From NCBI GenBank assembly GCA_965116875.1, contig OZ220733.1, positions 5,056,001 through 5,120,000 on the forward strand: 64,000 nt of DNA. Reading direction: 5' to 3'. Position numbers and translations under genes: made by a program. Below are positions 48,557 to 59,173 of this stretch, one piece after another (position 1 is the stretch's first letter; every line of letters starts with the position of its first letter). This DNA comes from Candidatus Latescibacterota bacterium. Its GTDB lineage: Bacteria; Latescibacterota; UBA2968; GCA-2709665. The notes beneath the pieces were generated by a model. The model was not told the origin of the DNA and searched no databases. It saw only the letters and a program-made list of their open reading frames with translations.

Positions 48557-50710
48557 ATGTCGCAGCAACACCCTGTTAAGAATTCCATACTGCTGTTTGT
48601 GCTGATCTTCGTCGGATGTCAGCCTGACGGAAAAGTGACGGTTTCCGGCGCGGTAGCGAAACCGGGCGCCTATCGGTACACGCCCGGCAGACCAGCGGCG
48701 GAATATCTGGAAGATGCCGGCGGCGCAACGGAAGAGGCGATGCTGGATGAGGCGTATGTGTCGCGCGCGGGGCCGGACGCTTCCACGGCGGAAACCGGAG
48801 GCACCACGACTCCCCTGTCTGAGAATCCTCCAATTTCGCCCGGTGATGAAATCCGGATTCCCGCTCGCATTTATGACGTACGACTGGACACCGTCCGCCT
48901 CGTGAACAACGTCCGGCTGGTCGACAGAAGTCGAATCTATCGGATCCCCAGGGGCGCGCTGGTGACCGGGTGGACGGAACGCGGCGTGCAGGTGGCGCTG
49001 ATGCTGGGACGCGGCAAGGCATACGAGTGGCCCGATACGACGAAGGCCGTGACGGCCTTTCACTACCTGTACATCCACCTGCATCCCGGAGAATTCCCAC
49101 GCCTGGCGCGATTTGCCGGTGATGTTGTTGACAGCCTGGAAGCGATTGAGGACGCAGACACGATCCAGGAGGGCGTTTTACACTCCCTGAAATTTCTGCG
49201 TGACGGCGGCCTGCAGCTTCCGCCCGTCGGCTATTGGCGCGTAATAAAGGGCGTTTTCCTGGCCCCGAGGAGCGCGTCACGTCCCGGAGGCGGCATGCGC
49301 CGGCGACGCTTCGACGACGGGCGCGTATGGACGACGTTTCCGGACGGGCGGCAGCGATGGCAGTATCCCGACGGACGGGTCAGCGTGAATTTTCCGAAAG
49401 GCTCGCGTGAAGACCGGTTTCCAGATGGACGGGTCGTGTACACCGACCGTCGCAAAAACGAGCGGATCACCTATCCCGATGGACGCCGCGAGTGGCGAAT
49501 GGCGAGAGGAACTCGGGTACTTCAGGGGGCGGACGGCCGGGTTGTCGAGCACAATCTCGAGGGGGTGCTGGTTCAGCAACTGCCGGACGGAACGACCTAC
49601 GGGGTCCCTCCCGACGTACACGTGGAAATGCGCGAAGCCCACGGGACCGCAACTGTTCTTTCCCCCGCGGAAGAACGAACGAAGGACACACCCTCGGGGG
49701 GCGGGCCTGACGCTGCGGTGGAGAGGCGTTCACCAGAAACGTCACATGACAGAGCCGCGTTAGCGCCAGGCAGCGCGCCGCCGGCGTCGCACGGTCAGGG
49801 TTCCCTGCTGATCGTTCCGTCCGATCGGGGTGCGACGGGTGGTGTGTCGGGCGGTTCGTCCCGCGGGACATTTCCCGATGGGCGGCTGGTGGAGACCGGT
49901 CCGGCCGGCCGGACGTTCACCTCGTGGCCGGACGGAAGAATGGAAGTCCGGATGCCCGCCGCTTACGGGTACCCGGGCCGGCTGCGAACGGACCTCGCGA
50001 CGGTCGACCGGCTTCCGCAGGCGGTTGCCGTCGGCGAGAAGCTGACCGTCTCGGGACGGGTCCACGGCGAGGTTGAAGATGTAAACGTGATGGGGTTTCT
50101 CGTGCCTGACGGTGACGCGATCGAAGGCGACGTGGTCATGCGGGACCGGCGGTTTCACGCGCGGTTCCGGTTCGGCGAGGCAGGGCATTGCCGGGTGCAG
50201 GTGCAGGTTGTTTTGCCCAGAGCGCGTACGTATACGGCTTCCCACCAGTCGGTGATTGTCGGCAATCCCGGCAGGCTGGAAGACGAGGTACTCGCCATTG
50301 TCCCGTATCCCGGGGACGAGGCCGCCCAGCTTCTTCTGATCGATCGAATCAACGCGGCCCGGAAACGGATTCGCCGTGGTTCGGTGTTTCCGCATCCCGA
50401 GTTGATGCACGTGGCGCGCATCCGGCTGGAAGAGATTCTTGCCATGGGTTTTATATCTCATTTTTCCATGACGGGTCTGGACGCGGGATGGCACTCGAAC
50501 TACCGGCGGTTGCCCTTCCACCGCGTGGGTGAAAACGTGGCGAGATCGCGTTTTGTCGAAACGATGCATGCCAACTGGATGCTGAGCGCGGGGCACCGCG
50601 GAAATATCCTGGCGAAGCACTGGACGCACGTTGGAGTGGCGGTTGCGGAAGCGGATGGATCGGTCTGGGGCGTTCAGGTGTTCGGACAGGGTTTCGACCA
50701 GGGCCCTTAA
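48557..50710 (+). CDS. Lipoprotein with SLBB domain, (F/Y)PDG beta-repeats and C-terminal CAP/SCP domain
   Basis: FVGC lipobox; V-VSGAV-KPG-Y...AGG (SLBB); repeated FPDGR/YPDGR; GENVA...WMLSAGHRGNIL...VGVAV (CAP). Confidence 0.75.
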   Translation: MSQQHPVKNSILLFVLIFVGCQPDGKVTVSGAVAKPGAYRYTPGRPAAEYLEDAGGATEEAMLDEAYVSRAGPDASTAETGGTTTPLSENPPISPGDEIRIPARIYDVRLDTVRLVNNVRLVDRSRIYRIPRGALVTGWTERGVQVALMLGRGKAYEWPDTTKAVTAFHYLYIHLHPGEFPRLARFAGDVVDSLEAIEDADTIQEGVLHSLKFLRDGGLQLPPVGYWRVIKGVFLAPRSASRPGGGMRRRRFDDGRVWTTFPDGRQRWQYPDGRVSVNFPKGSREDRFPDGRVVYTDRRKNERITYPDGRREWRMARGTRVLQGADGRVVEHNLEGVLVQQLPDGTTYGVPPDVHVEMREAHGTATVLSPAEERTKDTPSGGGPDAAVERRSPETSHDRAALAPGSAPPASHGQGSLLIVPSDRGATGGVSGGSSRGTFPDGRLVETGPAGRTFTSWPDGRMEVRMPAAYGYPGRLRTDLATVDRLPQAVAVGEKLTVSGRVHGEVEDVNVMGFLVPDGDAIEGDVVMRDRRFHARFRFGEAGHCRVQVQVVLPRARTYTASHQSVIVGNPGRLEDEVLAIVPYPGDEAAQLLLIDRINAARKRIRRGSVFPHPELMHVARIRLEEILAMGFISHFSMTGLDAGWHSNYRRLPFHRVGENVARSRFVETMHANWMLSAGHRGNILAKHWTHVGVAVAEADGSVWGVQVFGQGFDQGP

Positions 50711-50768
50711 CGCCGTCGCCTTTCCCTGTGCCCGGAACCCGTGGTAAAATAGAGCCTGAAGAAAACAC

Positions 50769-50817
50769 TTGACAAAACAGACATACGTCTGTTTTTTTGT
50801 TTGTGAACATTTCTTCA
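50769..50817 (+). promoter_or_regulatory. imuA promoter region with two candidate SOS operators
   Basis: TTGACA followed by the perfect dyad AAAACAGAC-ATAC-GTCTGTTTT, then TGAAC-ATTT-CTTCA; -10 box is weak. Confidence 0.6.
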
Positions 50818-50824
50818 GGAGAAT

Positions 50825-51526
50825 GTGGAACCTTTTTCACCCCCGGGAAAGGTCATCCAGGTGCGGGACGTATCGGACAATATGAAACGAGAACGCTTTT
50901 CAGCATTGCAGGACAGCGGATTACAGCGCCTCCAGGCCGACCTGAACAGGATCAGGGCCCGGACGAAAACGCCGCGCTGGTCGCTGGCGCATCTGGCCGG
51001 GCGCCTCTGCGAACTCTCTTCCGGTTCAGGAGCCGGTCTGCTCACGGCTGCCTTCCGGCTGGTGCTGGATGCGCAGCTCGGGCATGAGCCGGTGGCCTGG
51101 ATCTCGGCCACGCCGGATACCTTCTTCGCCCCCGATGCCGTCGAAAACGGCGTGGACCTGAATGCCCTCGTCGTCATCCACGTGCCCAACGCCCAGTCCG
51201 CGGCGCGTTCGGCGGACCGGCTCCTGAGGTCGGGCGCCTTCGGCCTGATGGTGATGGACCTGCACACCGATCCCGCAATCCCGTTTCCGCTGCAGGCGCG
51301 CCTGGCCCACCTGGCGCGGGCCCACGACACCGCCCTGCTCTGCCTGACATCAAAAGCCAGGGAGACGCCTTCGCTGGGACCGATGGTCTGTCTGCGAGGG
51401 CAATCCTCCTGCCGGCGCATGGGGGTCGACCGTTTCCAGTACGATATCGAAATTCTGAAGGACAGACGCCATGGACCGGGTTGGCGCCACACCGAAATCT
51501 GCCGGGGGCCGGACGGCCTGCATTAA
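50825..51526 (+). CDS. imuA: ImuA-like RecA-fold protein
   Basis: GRLCELS with degenerate Walker A, GVDL--L, LLRSGAFGL-V-D; first gene of the cassette; alternative start at 50882. Confidence 0.8.
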   Translation: MEPFSPPGKVIQVRDVSDNMKRERFSALQDSGLQRLQADLNRIRARTKTPRWSLAHLAGRLCELSSGSGAGLLTAAFRLVLDAQLGHEPVAWISATPDTFFAPDAVENGVDLNALVVIHVPNAQSAARSADRLLRSGAFGLMVMDLHTDPAIPFPLQARLAHLARAHDTALLCLTSKARETPSLGPMVCLRGQSSCRRMGVDRFQYDIEILKDRRHGPGWRHTEICRGPDGLH

Positions 51527-52973
51527 TATCCGGGCGCTGCCGCTGCAACTCCTGCTGAGGAAACACCCGGAGTGGAAGCGAAGGCCGGTCGCCGTGGTGG
51601 AAAAAGAGAATCCTCAGAGCCCCATCCTCTGGGTGAACCCGGCGGCCGGCCGGGCCGGCATCCGCACGGGTATGCGCTATGCCGCGGCCCTTTCGCTGGA
51701 CCGGAACCTGTGCGCGGGAACGGTTTCCGAGAGGGAAATTCAGGCCGCGATGCGGCAGGTCCACCGGCTTCTGGACCGTTTCAGCCCCCGGATCGAGCCC
51801 TCCAACGACGAGCCCGGGATTTTCTGGGTCGATGCCGGCGGGCTCGACAAGCTCCATACCTCTCTTGAAGACTGGGCCAGGCAGATCGACGCCCGCCTTT
51901 CCCGGCTGGCGTTAAAGGCCGGCATCGTCGTCGGCTTCGGCCGTTTCGGCAGCTATGCCGTCGCCAGGTCGGCAAGCCGGGTGATCGTGTTCCCTTCCCC
52001 GGAGGTCGAGCAGACGGAAAGCCGCATGGTGCGGCTGCTGCATCTGCAGATCGACCCGAAGCTGCGCGACCGGCTCGAAAAACTGGCGGTCCATACCGTG
52101 AGCGACTTCCTGGCGCTTCCCGCGGGCGGCATTGTGCACCACCTCGGCGAGGAGGCCTGGAACCTCTACCGTTTTGCGTCGGGAACGCTGTCGCTGCCGA
52201 TTCAATCCCGAAAGATCCCAGAGCCCCTCCGCGTCCGGATAGACCTGGACGAGCCCGAATCCAATGCACGGAGTCTGCTTTTCTGGATCCGTCAGAGGCT
52301 GGATCCCCTGCTGCGGGCGACGGCGGCAAGGTGCCAGGCGGTGGCGGCCCTGCATTTGCAACTGCTGCTGGAAGACGGAGAACGTCATCGCCAGCGCATC
52401 CAGCCGGCAAGGCCCACCCTGGAGGCGCCGGTCCTGCTGGACTTGCTGCGTCTGCACCTGGAAACGGTCTCTTTCCGCGCTCCCCCGGTGGAACTGGCAC
52501 TCGAGGCGGAAGGCGTGTACGTCTCCGCCGAAACACTGGACCTGCTGCAGCAGAACCCACGCCGCAATCTCGAGGCGGCCCTGGATGCCCTGGCCCGGGT
52601 CCGCGCCGAGTTCGGCCCCGATTCCGTGCTGTCGGCCCGGCTCAAACCGGGACACCTGCCGGAAGCCCGTTTCGAGTGGCAGCCTTTCAGGAAGCTTGCC
52701 GCCGCCAGTCCCCGGCCGGTCCTCCTGCGCCCCCTGGTGCGGCGCGTCCACGCCTGCCCCGAACACCTGGAAGGGGCTTCCCTTTACCACGCGAAAAACC
52801 GGAAGCCGCCGCCGGGCGCGGGACATCCGCCGGGACACGCGATCAGCGGAGGATGGTGGCATCGGGAGATCCGGAGAGACTACCGGTTCATCAAGAACCA
52901 CCGGGGAGAGCGCCTCTGGATCTATTACGACGAGCAAACGCATCGCTGGTACGCCCAGGGCCGCGTCGAATGA
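51471..52973 (+). CDS. imuB: ImuB, catalytically inactive Y-family polymerase
   Basis: P-AVV, GIRTGM, FSPRIE, no catalytic DE pair; C-terminal GGWW...RDY...WIY...W-QG. Confidence 0.88.
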   Translation: MDRVGATPKSAGGRTACINIRALPLQLLLRKHPEWKRRPVAVVEKENPQSPILWVNPAAGRAGIRTGMRYAAALSLDRNLCAGTVSEREIQAAMRQVHRLLDRFSPRIEPSNDEPGIFWVDAGGLDKLHTSLEDWARQIDARLSRLALKAGIVVGFGRFGSYAVARSASRVIVFPSPEVEQTESRMVRLLHLQIDPKLRDRLEKLAVHTVSDFLALPAGGIVHHLGEEAWNLYRFASGTLSLPIQSRKIPEPLRVRIDLDEPESNARSLLFWIRQRLDPLLRATAARCQAVAALHLQLLLEDGERHRQRIQPARPTLEAPVLLDLLRLHLETVSFRAPPVELALEAEGVYVSAETLDLLQQNPRRNLEAALDALARVRAEFGPDSVLSARLKPGHLPEARFEWQPFRKLAAASPRPVLLRPLVRRVHACPEHLEGASLYHAKNRKPPPGAGHPPGHAISGGWWHREIRRDYRFIKNHRGERLWIYYDEQTHRWYAQGRVE

Positions 52974-55900
52974 CCGCAACCCCCGCCCCCAATCCGCCCT
53001 ACGTGCCCCTCTGGTGCAAGAGCAACTATTCCTTTCTGGAAGGCGCCAGCCATCCCGAGGAACTGGTCGAGGCCTGCCGGCGGAACGGCCTTCCGGCCAT
53101 GGCGCTCACCGACCGGAACGGCGTGTACGGGATCGTCAGGGCCCACGTTCAGGCCCTGCAGGCGGGCATACACCTGATCGCGGGATCGCAGATCGGCCTC
53201 CGGGACGGATCGGAGATCCTGTTGCTGGCCCAGAACCGGAAGGGCTACGGCAATCTCTGTCGCCTGCTGACCGACGAACACCTGCGTTCCTCCAAGGGAA
53301 CGTGTACGCCGGGCCTGGATGAAGTCTGCCGCCGCAATCCCGGTCTGATCGCCCTGTGGATCGGCCGGGGCGGGCCGGAAGCCCCCGAGGAGAGCGGTCC
53401 GGAGCCCGTGCTGGAACGGCTCAAAACGGTATTCGGAGACCGCCTGTACATTCTGTTGGCCAGACACCGCCGGGCGGAGGAGATCCTGCGGGAAATCCGG
53501 CTCCGGGAACTGGCGGACCGGTTCAGCCTCCCCACCGTGGCCGCCGTGGAAGTCCTCTATCACACACCCGAACGGCGCCGCCTGCAGGACGTCCTCACCT
53601 GTATCCGGGAAGGCGTGACCCTGTCCACGGCCGGCCGGCGCATCCGGCCGAACGACCGGCACGCTCTGACGCCTCCGGACGACCTGGCCCGCCTCTTTGC
53701 AGACGATCCGGAGTCGGTCGGGCGGACCCGGGAAATTGCCGACCGCTGTTCCTTCTCGCTCCAGGAACTGCGCTACCGCTATCCGCTGGAACGCGTGCCG
53801 GAGGGCAAAACCTCCATCCAGTACCTGCACGACCGGACGTTCGAGGGCGCCGCGCGCCGGATGGGCGAAAAATTCGGGGAACAGATTCCACAACTGGAGA
53901 AGGAACTCGAACTGATCCAGGAACTGGAGTACGAAGGCTACTTTCTGACCATGTACGAGATCGTCGAGTACTGCCGCCGTCAGAAGATCCTCTGCCAGGG
54001 CCGGGGGTCGGCCGCCAACTCGGCGGTCTGCTTCGCCCTGGGGATCACCAGCGTGGACCCGACACAGGTGGAGCTTCTCTTCGAACGCTTTCTTTCCAGG
54101 GAGAGGGCCGAGCCACCGGATATCGATCTGGATATCGAACACAACCGGAGAGAAGAAGTGATCCGGCACATGTACGAAAAGTACGGGCGCGACCGCGCCG
54201 CCATGGTGGCCAACGTGGTGCGGTACCGGTACCGATCCGCCATCCGGGAAGTGGGCAAGGCGCTGGCGGTTTCAGCAACCAGCCTGGACCGCCTGGCCAA
54301 GCTGGTGTCCCATGAAAACTGGAGCGATGCCTTCATCGCGCAGGCCGGGCTCGATCCTCAAAACCCGGCCATGCGCCATCTCGCTTCGCTGGTGGAAGAG
54401 ATCCAGGATTTTCCCCGCCACCTCTCCATCCATCCCGGCGGCTTTCTGCTGGGCCATCGCCCCGTCCACGAACTGGTGCCCATCGAGAACGCCGCAATGG
54501 ACGGCAGGACGGTCATTCAATGGGACAAGGAGGACGTGGAGCAGGCCGGCCTGTTCAAGGTGGACCTTCTGGGGCTGGGCGCCCTCACCCATCTGCATCT
54601 CTGCTTCGATCTCATGCGGGAGCACCGCGGGCAGGACATGTCTCTGGCCACCCTTCCCCGGGCCGATGCGCCGACCTTCGATATGATCTGCCGCAGCGAT
54701 ACCGTGGGGGTGTTTCAGATCGAAAGCCGGGCGCAGATGGCCATGCTGGGGCGCCTCAAGCCGCGCAGTTATTACGACCTGGTCATCGAAATCAGCATCG
54801 TGCGTCCCGGCCCCATCACGGGGGGCATGGTGCATCCCTATCTGAGACGGCGCAACGGGGACGAGGAAGTCGACTATCCCCACCCTTCCCTCGTTCCCGT
54901 CCTCAGGAAAACCCTGGGCATTCCCCTGTTTCAGGAACAGGTGATGCAGCTGGCCATGGTTGCGGCCGACTACACCCCCGGCGAGGCCGATCAGCTCCGG
55001 CGGGACATGGCGGCATGGCGACGTTCCGGACGCATCGAGCGGCACCATCGCCGGCTCGTCACCCGCATGGTCAAAAAGGGCATCGAACGCGAATTCGCCG
55101 AACGCATCTTCAACCAGATCCGCGGCTTCGGCGACTACGGCTTTCCCGAGAGTCACGCCGCCAGCTTTGCTCATATCGCCTATGCCACCGCCTATCTCAA
55201 ATGCCACCATCCGGCGGAGTTCGTCTGCGCCCTGCTGAATGCCCAGCCGATGGGATTCTACGAGCCCGCCACCATCGTCAACGACGCCCGCAGGCACGGA
55301 ATCGCCGTGCGTCCCGTCTGCATACGCGAAAGCGACTGGGACTGCACCCTCGAGCCGGCCGCATCCCGCACGTCGTCCGCTCCGTTCGCCGTGCGCATGG
55401 GGCTGCGTTACGTCAGCGGACTGGGCGACGCGGACGGACGCCGGCTTTCGGACACCGCGAGGAAGCGCCCTTTTCAGGATCTCCAGGACGTCGCCCGGCG
55501 CGGCGGACTTCGCCAGGACAAGCTGGAGACCCTGGCCGAGGCGGGCGCCTTCGAGTGTTTCGGCCTGGACCGGCGCGGCGCGCTCTGGCAGGTCCACGGT
55601 ATCGCAACCCGCGAGGTGCCGGCGCTGCCGGTGAACAACCACGTTTCGCCGCCCCGGTTCCCCCCCTGAGCGGGTTGGAGACCGTTGCCTGGGACCACGA
55701 GGCCGCCGACCATAGCACCCGGGGACACCTCCTGAAACCGCTGCGCTCCCAGCTGGCCGCCCGGAAACTGCCCACCGCGCGCCAGATCAGCCGGATGCGG
55801 GACGGACTCCGGGTTCGCTACGCGGGGATGGTCATCTGCCGCCAGCGACCGGGAACCGCGAAGGGCGTTACCTTCATGACTCTGGAGGACGAGACGGGGT

Positions 55901-56088
55901 TTGTGAACCTGGTGATCTGGGAAAGGACGTTCAAGCGCTATTCTATGCTGGCCAAAACGCTTTCCTGCATGGGCGTGACCGGAAAACTGCAGGTGGGAGA
56001 GGGCGTCACCCACCTGGTGGTTGAAAAAATCTGGAAGCCGAAGCTGGATACGCGAGCGGCCCGCCACAAGAGCCGGGATTTTCATTGA
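52970..56088 (+). CDS. dnaE2: Error-prone DNA polymerase DnaE2 (ImuC), frameshifted at the C7 run 55660-55666
   Basis: [44 protein letters not shown]; OB-fold RQRPGTAKG...EDETG and terminal SRDFH lie in the shifted frame. Confidence 0.93.
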
Positions 56089-56196
56089 CACCCTTTCCCG
56101 GAAGGCCGAAATTGCACGGAGCATTCAACACGACCCGGATCGCAAACCCCCGGACGGCGTACCCGGGTCGCCAGGACAACCGGAGGAGATCAACCA

Positions 56197-56883
56197 ATGT
56201 GCGGGCGTTTCACGCAGATGATGACCTGGCGCGAACTCCATGAGCTTTACGCCCTGGCCGAACCCCTGGCGCTGCCGGACCTGCAGCCCCGCTACAACGG
56301 GGCCCCCACCCAGGACTTTTCGGTATGCCGCCTTGACGAGAACGGCGACCGGGTGATCGCCAGGCTCCGCTGGGGGCTGGTGCCCGGATGGGCCAGAGAC
56401 ATCAAATTGGGCGCGCGCATGATCAACGCCCGGTCCGAGACCGTACACGAAAAACCGGCATTCGGCGCGGCATTCCGCTCTCGGCGCTGCCTGGTGCCCG
56501 CCGACGGATGGTTCGAATGGCAGCGGGCCGGGCACGGCAAACAGCCCTACTTCCTGGCGCTCGCAGACGGGTCGCCGCTATCCTTCGCCGGGCTGTGGGA
56601 ACGCTGGGACAAGGGCGGAGACACCCTCGAGTCCTTTTCCATCCTCACCACCGCCGCCGACGCGCCGCTGGCGGACATCCACCACCGCCAGCCCGCCATC
56701 GTCAATCCGGAACACTTCTCGGTCTGGCTCAACGAAGAATCCCCCGCCGATACGCTCCTCGACCTGGCCCGCAAACCCCGCGCCGGCCCATACGAAATCC
56801 GCGCCGTCAGCACCCGCGTCAACAGCGTCCGAAACGACGACCCGGATATCCTCACGCCCATGTCCCAGCAGCGGCTGTTCTAG
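56197..56883 (+). CDS. SOS response-associated peptidase (SRAP; YedK/HMCES family)
   Basis: MCGRF, RWGLVP, INARSET, RCLVPADGWFEW, IHHRQP, VN-VRN. Confidence 0.95.
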   Translation: MCGRFTQMMTWRELHELYALAEPLALPDLQPRYNGAPTQDFSVCRLDENGDRVIARLRWGLVPGWARDIKLGARMINARSETVHEKPAFGAAFRSRRCLVPADGWFEWQRAGHGKQPYFLALADGSPLSFAGLWERWDKGGDTLESFSILTTAADAPLADIHHRQPAIVNPEHFSVWLNEESPADTLLDLARKPRAGPYEIRAVSTRVNSVRNDDPDILTPMSQQRLF

Positions 56884-56896
56884 GCAGGCGCCAATC

Positions 56897-56920
56897 GCAC
56901 CCGGGAAACCGGGCTTTTTT
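56897..56920 (+). terminator. Intrinsic terminator of the imu/SRAP cassette
   Basis: CCCGG-GAAA-CCGGG then CTTTTTT. Confidence 0.65.
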
Positions 56921-57042
56921 GCGAGTTTTCGGGTTGACCGGACAATTGACCCGTCGTATATAGAAAAGAACCAAATATCTGAGAACAACGGAGACCTTCG
57001 AGGCACAGACTTCGAGATTTGCAAAATTCGGCGAATATCGAG

Positions 57043-57357
57043 ATGAATGCTGAAATCAAGGCGTCACCAGACCACCTGAAGGCATTGTGCGAACGATGGG
57101 GGGTCGTTGAAATGGCGTTGTTCGGCTCCGCATTGCGCGATGAGTTGGGTCCCGAAAGCGATGTCGATATACTCATCAGCTTCGATAACGAAGCACGGCC
57201 AACGCTCCTGGATATGGTGCGCATGGAAGATGAACTGACGGAATTATTCGGCCGGCCAGCCGATCTTCTGGAACGTGACGCAATCGAGGCCAGCGGCAAT
57301 TCTATTCGCCGCAAAGCCATCCTTGGATCTGCGGAGACGATTTGTGCGGCGAAGTGA
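57043..57357 (+). CDS. Minimal nucleotidyltransferase (MNT antitoxin)
   Basis: LFGSALR...SDVDIL, L--LFGR--DL. Confidence 0.9.
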   Translation: MNAEIKASPDHLKALCERWGVVEMALFGSALRDELGPESDVDILISFDNEARPTLLDMVRMEDELTELFGRPADLLERDAIEASGNSIRRKAILGSAETICAAK

Positions 57358-57480
57358 AGCCTACTTGCTGAACATGCCGATCCATGCGCGCAAGGCCATT
57401 CAATTCGCCTCCGGATTGACGTACGAACAATTCACACAGAGCGATCCTCACCAGTACGCAAACTACACGTAGATTGAAGT
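57344..57480 (+). pseudogene. Truncated HEPN/DUF86 toxin
   Basis: GTG overlapping the MNT stop; MRRSEAYLLNMPIHARKAIQFASGLTYEQF...*IEV; RxxxxH half missing. Confidence 0.75.
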
Positions 57481-57658
57481 CACCCAGCGGAACATTACAC
57501 CACCCCACCACCTGCATCCCTGACCTGAAAACCCTTGGCAGAGGTTTCGCCCGGTCCGATCCTGCGGGTCTTTCCCGCGACCCCGTGAAGCTCTTCACTC
57601 GTCGCCTGCAGAATCCTTCTCACCCCAGCTCCTGTCGCATCCTGACGGCGGCATTATC

Positions 57659-59173
57659 ATGTCCCTTCCGCGAACTCCGATGGCGCAAGAATCGTTGAGA
57701 ATCTTCGCGATTGCGGCGATATTCGTCTGTATCAGCACGGACACGTGCCTCGCGTACCGCCTCATCGGATCGGAATCCCTCTCAGACGCCCTCGTCGCGC
57801 ATCACTATACCATCAATGGCAGGCTCGACGCTGTCATCGTGGTCGACCCGACGATCCCAACCTTCGAATATCAGACGTTCTACGCCATGGGTTCCGCCGA
57901 TGAACCGGAAGGACAGCAAGGAAAACTACACTTTCTCGAGCATCTCATCGCAGGCACGGGAAGCCGCCCACCGGGAGAACTCAATCGACTGATCCAACAG
58001 AATGGAGGCGAACATCAAGCTTTTACGGGATATCACATGACGTATTTTACGATGAGATTCCCCCGGGATAAGCTGGCTCTCGCAGTGGAGATTGACCGGG
58101 ATAGATACTACAGTACTCTGATCAACAAGGATGTCGTGGAACGCGAAAAGAGAATCGTATTGACGGAACACAGCAGGCGCGTTACCGACCGACAGAGACG
58201 TTTCTTCAACCAGATGGCGGGCCTGGCTTACGGCAAGCAAACATTCGATGGTCTTGGATCCGAGAAGTTTATCGAAGGAATCGGACACGGCGATCTGAAT
58301 CAGTTCTTTCATAATATTCTGCGCCGGAAAAAGCGTATGGTTGTCGTCATCGGTGACATTGATGTGGATGACGTCCTCACGAAGCTGGCCGAAGCGTTTC
58401 CTGACGAGCGCAATCGAAGGGGAGGTGGATCACCATTAACGCGGCTTCCCAAGCCTGTTGCTCTCGGTGAAAGATTCGACGTGAAATTCAAGGGCCTTGG
58501 CGTATCCAGATTTATGAAGACCTGGCGTATTCCTCCAATGACCCATCGCGATCACGCGAGCTTTTACATTCTGGTTTCCATTCTGAAGAGGCCCTCGAAC
58601 TCGCTGAACGCCTCTCTGCTGGATTCGCAAATTGTGGATGAGTCCATCATAGGCGTTGGCAACTACAGAGGTTTCAGTCTCATGATTTTCAGTGTCGAGA
58701 TGCCCGCTGTCACATCAACGGACGCCATAGAAGCGGAAATTGTGGATGAGTTGCGGAAGTTGGAGACAGCCGGCGTCCGAGATATCGACCTGATGGCTGC
58801 CAAGAGTATACTATCGCGTCAACTCTATTCGGAATTCAGCGACAGGTCGAGGATAGCCCATTGGTTCGGCGTAGCTTTCGCACAGGACGGCGATCCCCTC
58901 CATTATCCCCGGTTTATCCGCCAGATCCAGTCAGTCAGTGCGGGAGACGTCGAACGAATCATCGGCCAATACCTGTCTGAGGAGAATTCAATAACGCTGT
59001 CGTGGACTCGAAAGGAAACACGGTGGACCAAAGAAGAGATATTAGGCGCATTTGTCATTTTCGGCGCTCTCGGCGTGATTTTTTTTGGCATTATCTGGGC
59101 TTTCAGAAAGGATATCCCGAAATCTACATCTGAGATCGTTAACGATGATGAAACACACAAATACCACATTTAG
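57659..59173 (+). CDS. M16-family zinc peptidase, catalytic subunit, with C-terminal TM anchor
   Basis: GS-DE...G-LHFLEH (HxxEH), A-T, downstream E; signal peptide; hydrophobic tail; start may be 57680. Confidence 0.85.
   Translation: MSLPRTPMAQESLRIFAIAAIFVCISTDTCLAYRLIGSESLSDALVAHHYTINGRLDAVIVVDPTIPTFEYQTFYAMGSADEPEGQQGKLHFLEHLIAGTGSRPPGELNRLIQQNGGEHQAFTGYHMTYFTMRFPRDKLALAVEIDRDRYYSTLINKDVVEREKRIVLTEHSRRVTDRQRRFFNQMAGLAYGKQTFDGLGSEKFIEGIGHGDLNQFFHNILRRKKRMVVVIGDIDVDDVLTKLAEAFPDERNRRGGGSPLTRLPKPVALGERFDVKFKGLGVSRFMKTWRIPPMTHRDHASFYILVSILKRPSNSLNASLLDSQIVDESIIGVGNYRGFSLMIFSVEMPAVTSTDAIEAEIVDELRKLETAGVRDIDLMAAKSILSRQLYSEFSDRSRIAHWFGVAFAQDGDPLHYPRFIRQIQSVSAGDVERIIGQYLSEENSITLSWTRKETRWTKEEILGAFVIFGALGVIFFGIIWAFRKDIPKSTSEIVNDDETHKYHI

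Noticed and set aside
52331-52969. 213-aa N-terminal extension of DnaE2 in the ORF track
   Set aside because: Overlaps imuB in another frame and is low complexity; the ATG at 52970 overlaps the imuB stop and precedes the PHP motif.
55667-55669. TGA read-through (selenocysteine) in dnaE2
   Set aside because: The downstream domain is in a different frame, so a frameshift is needed rather than read-through.
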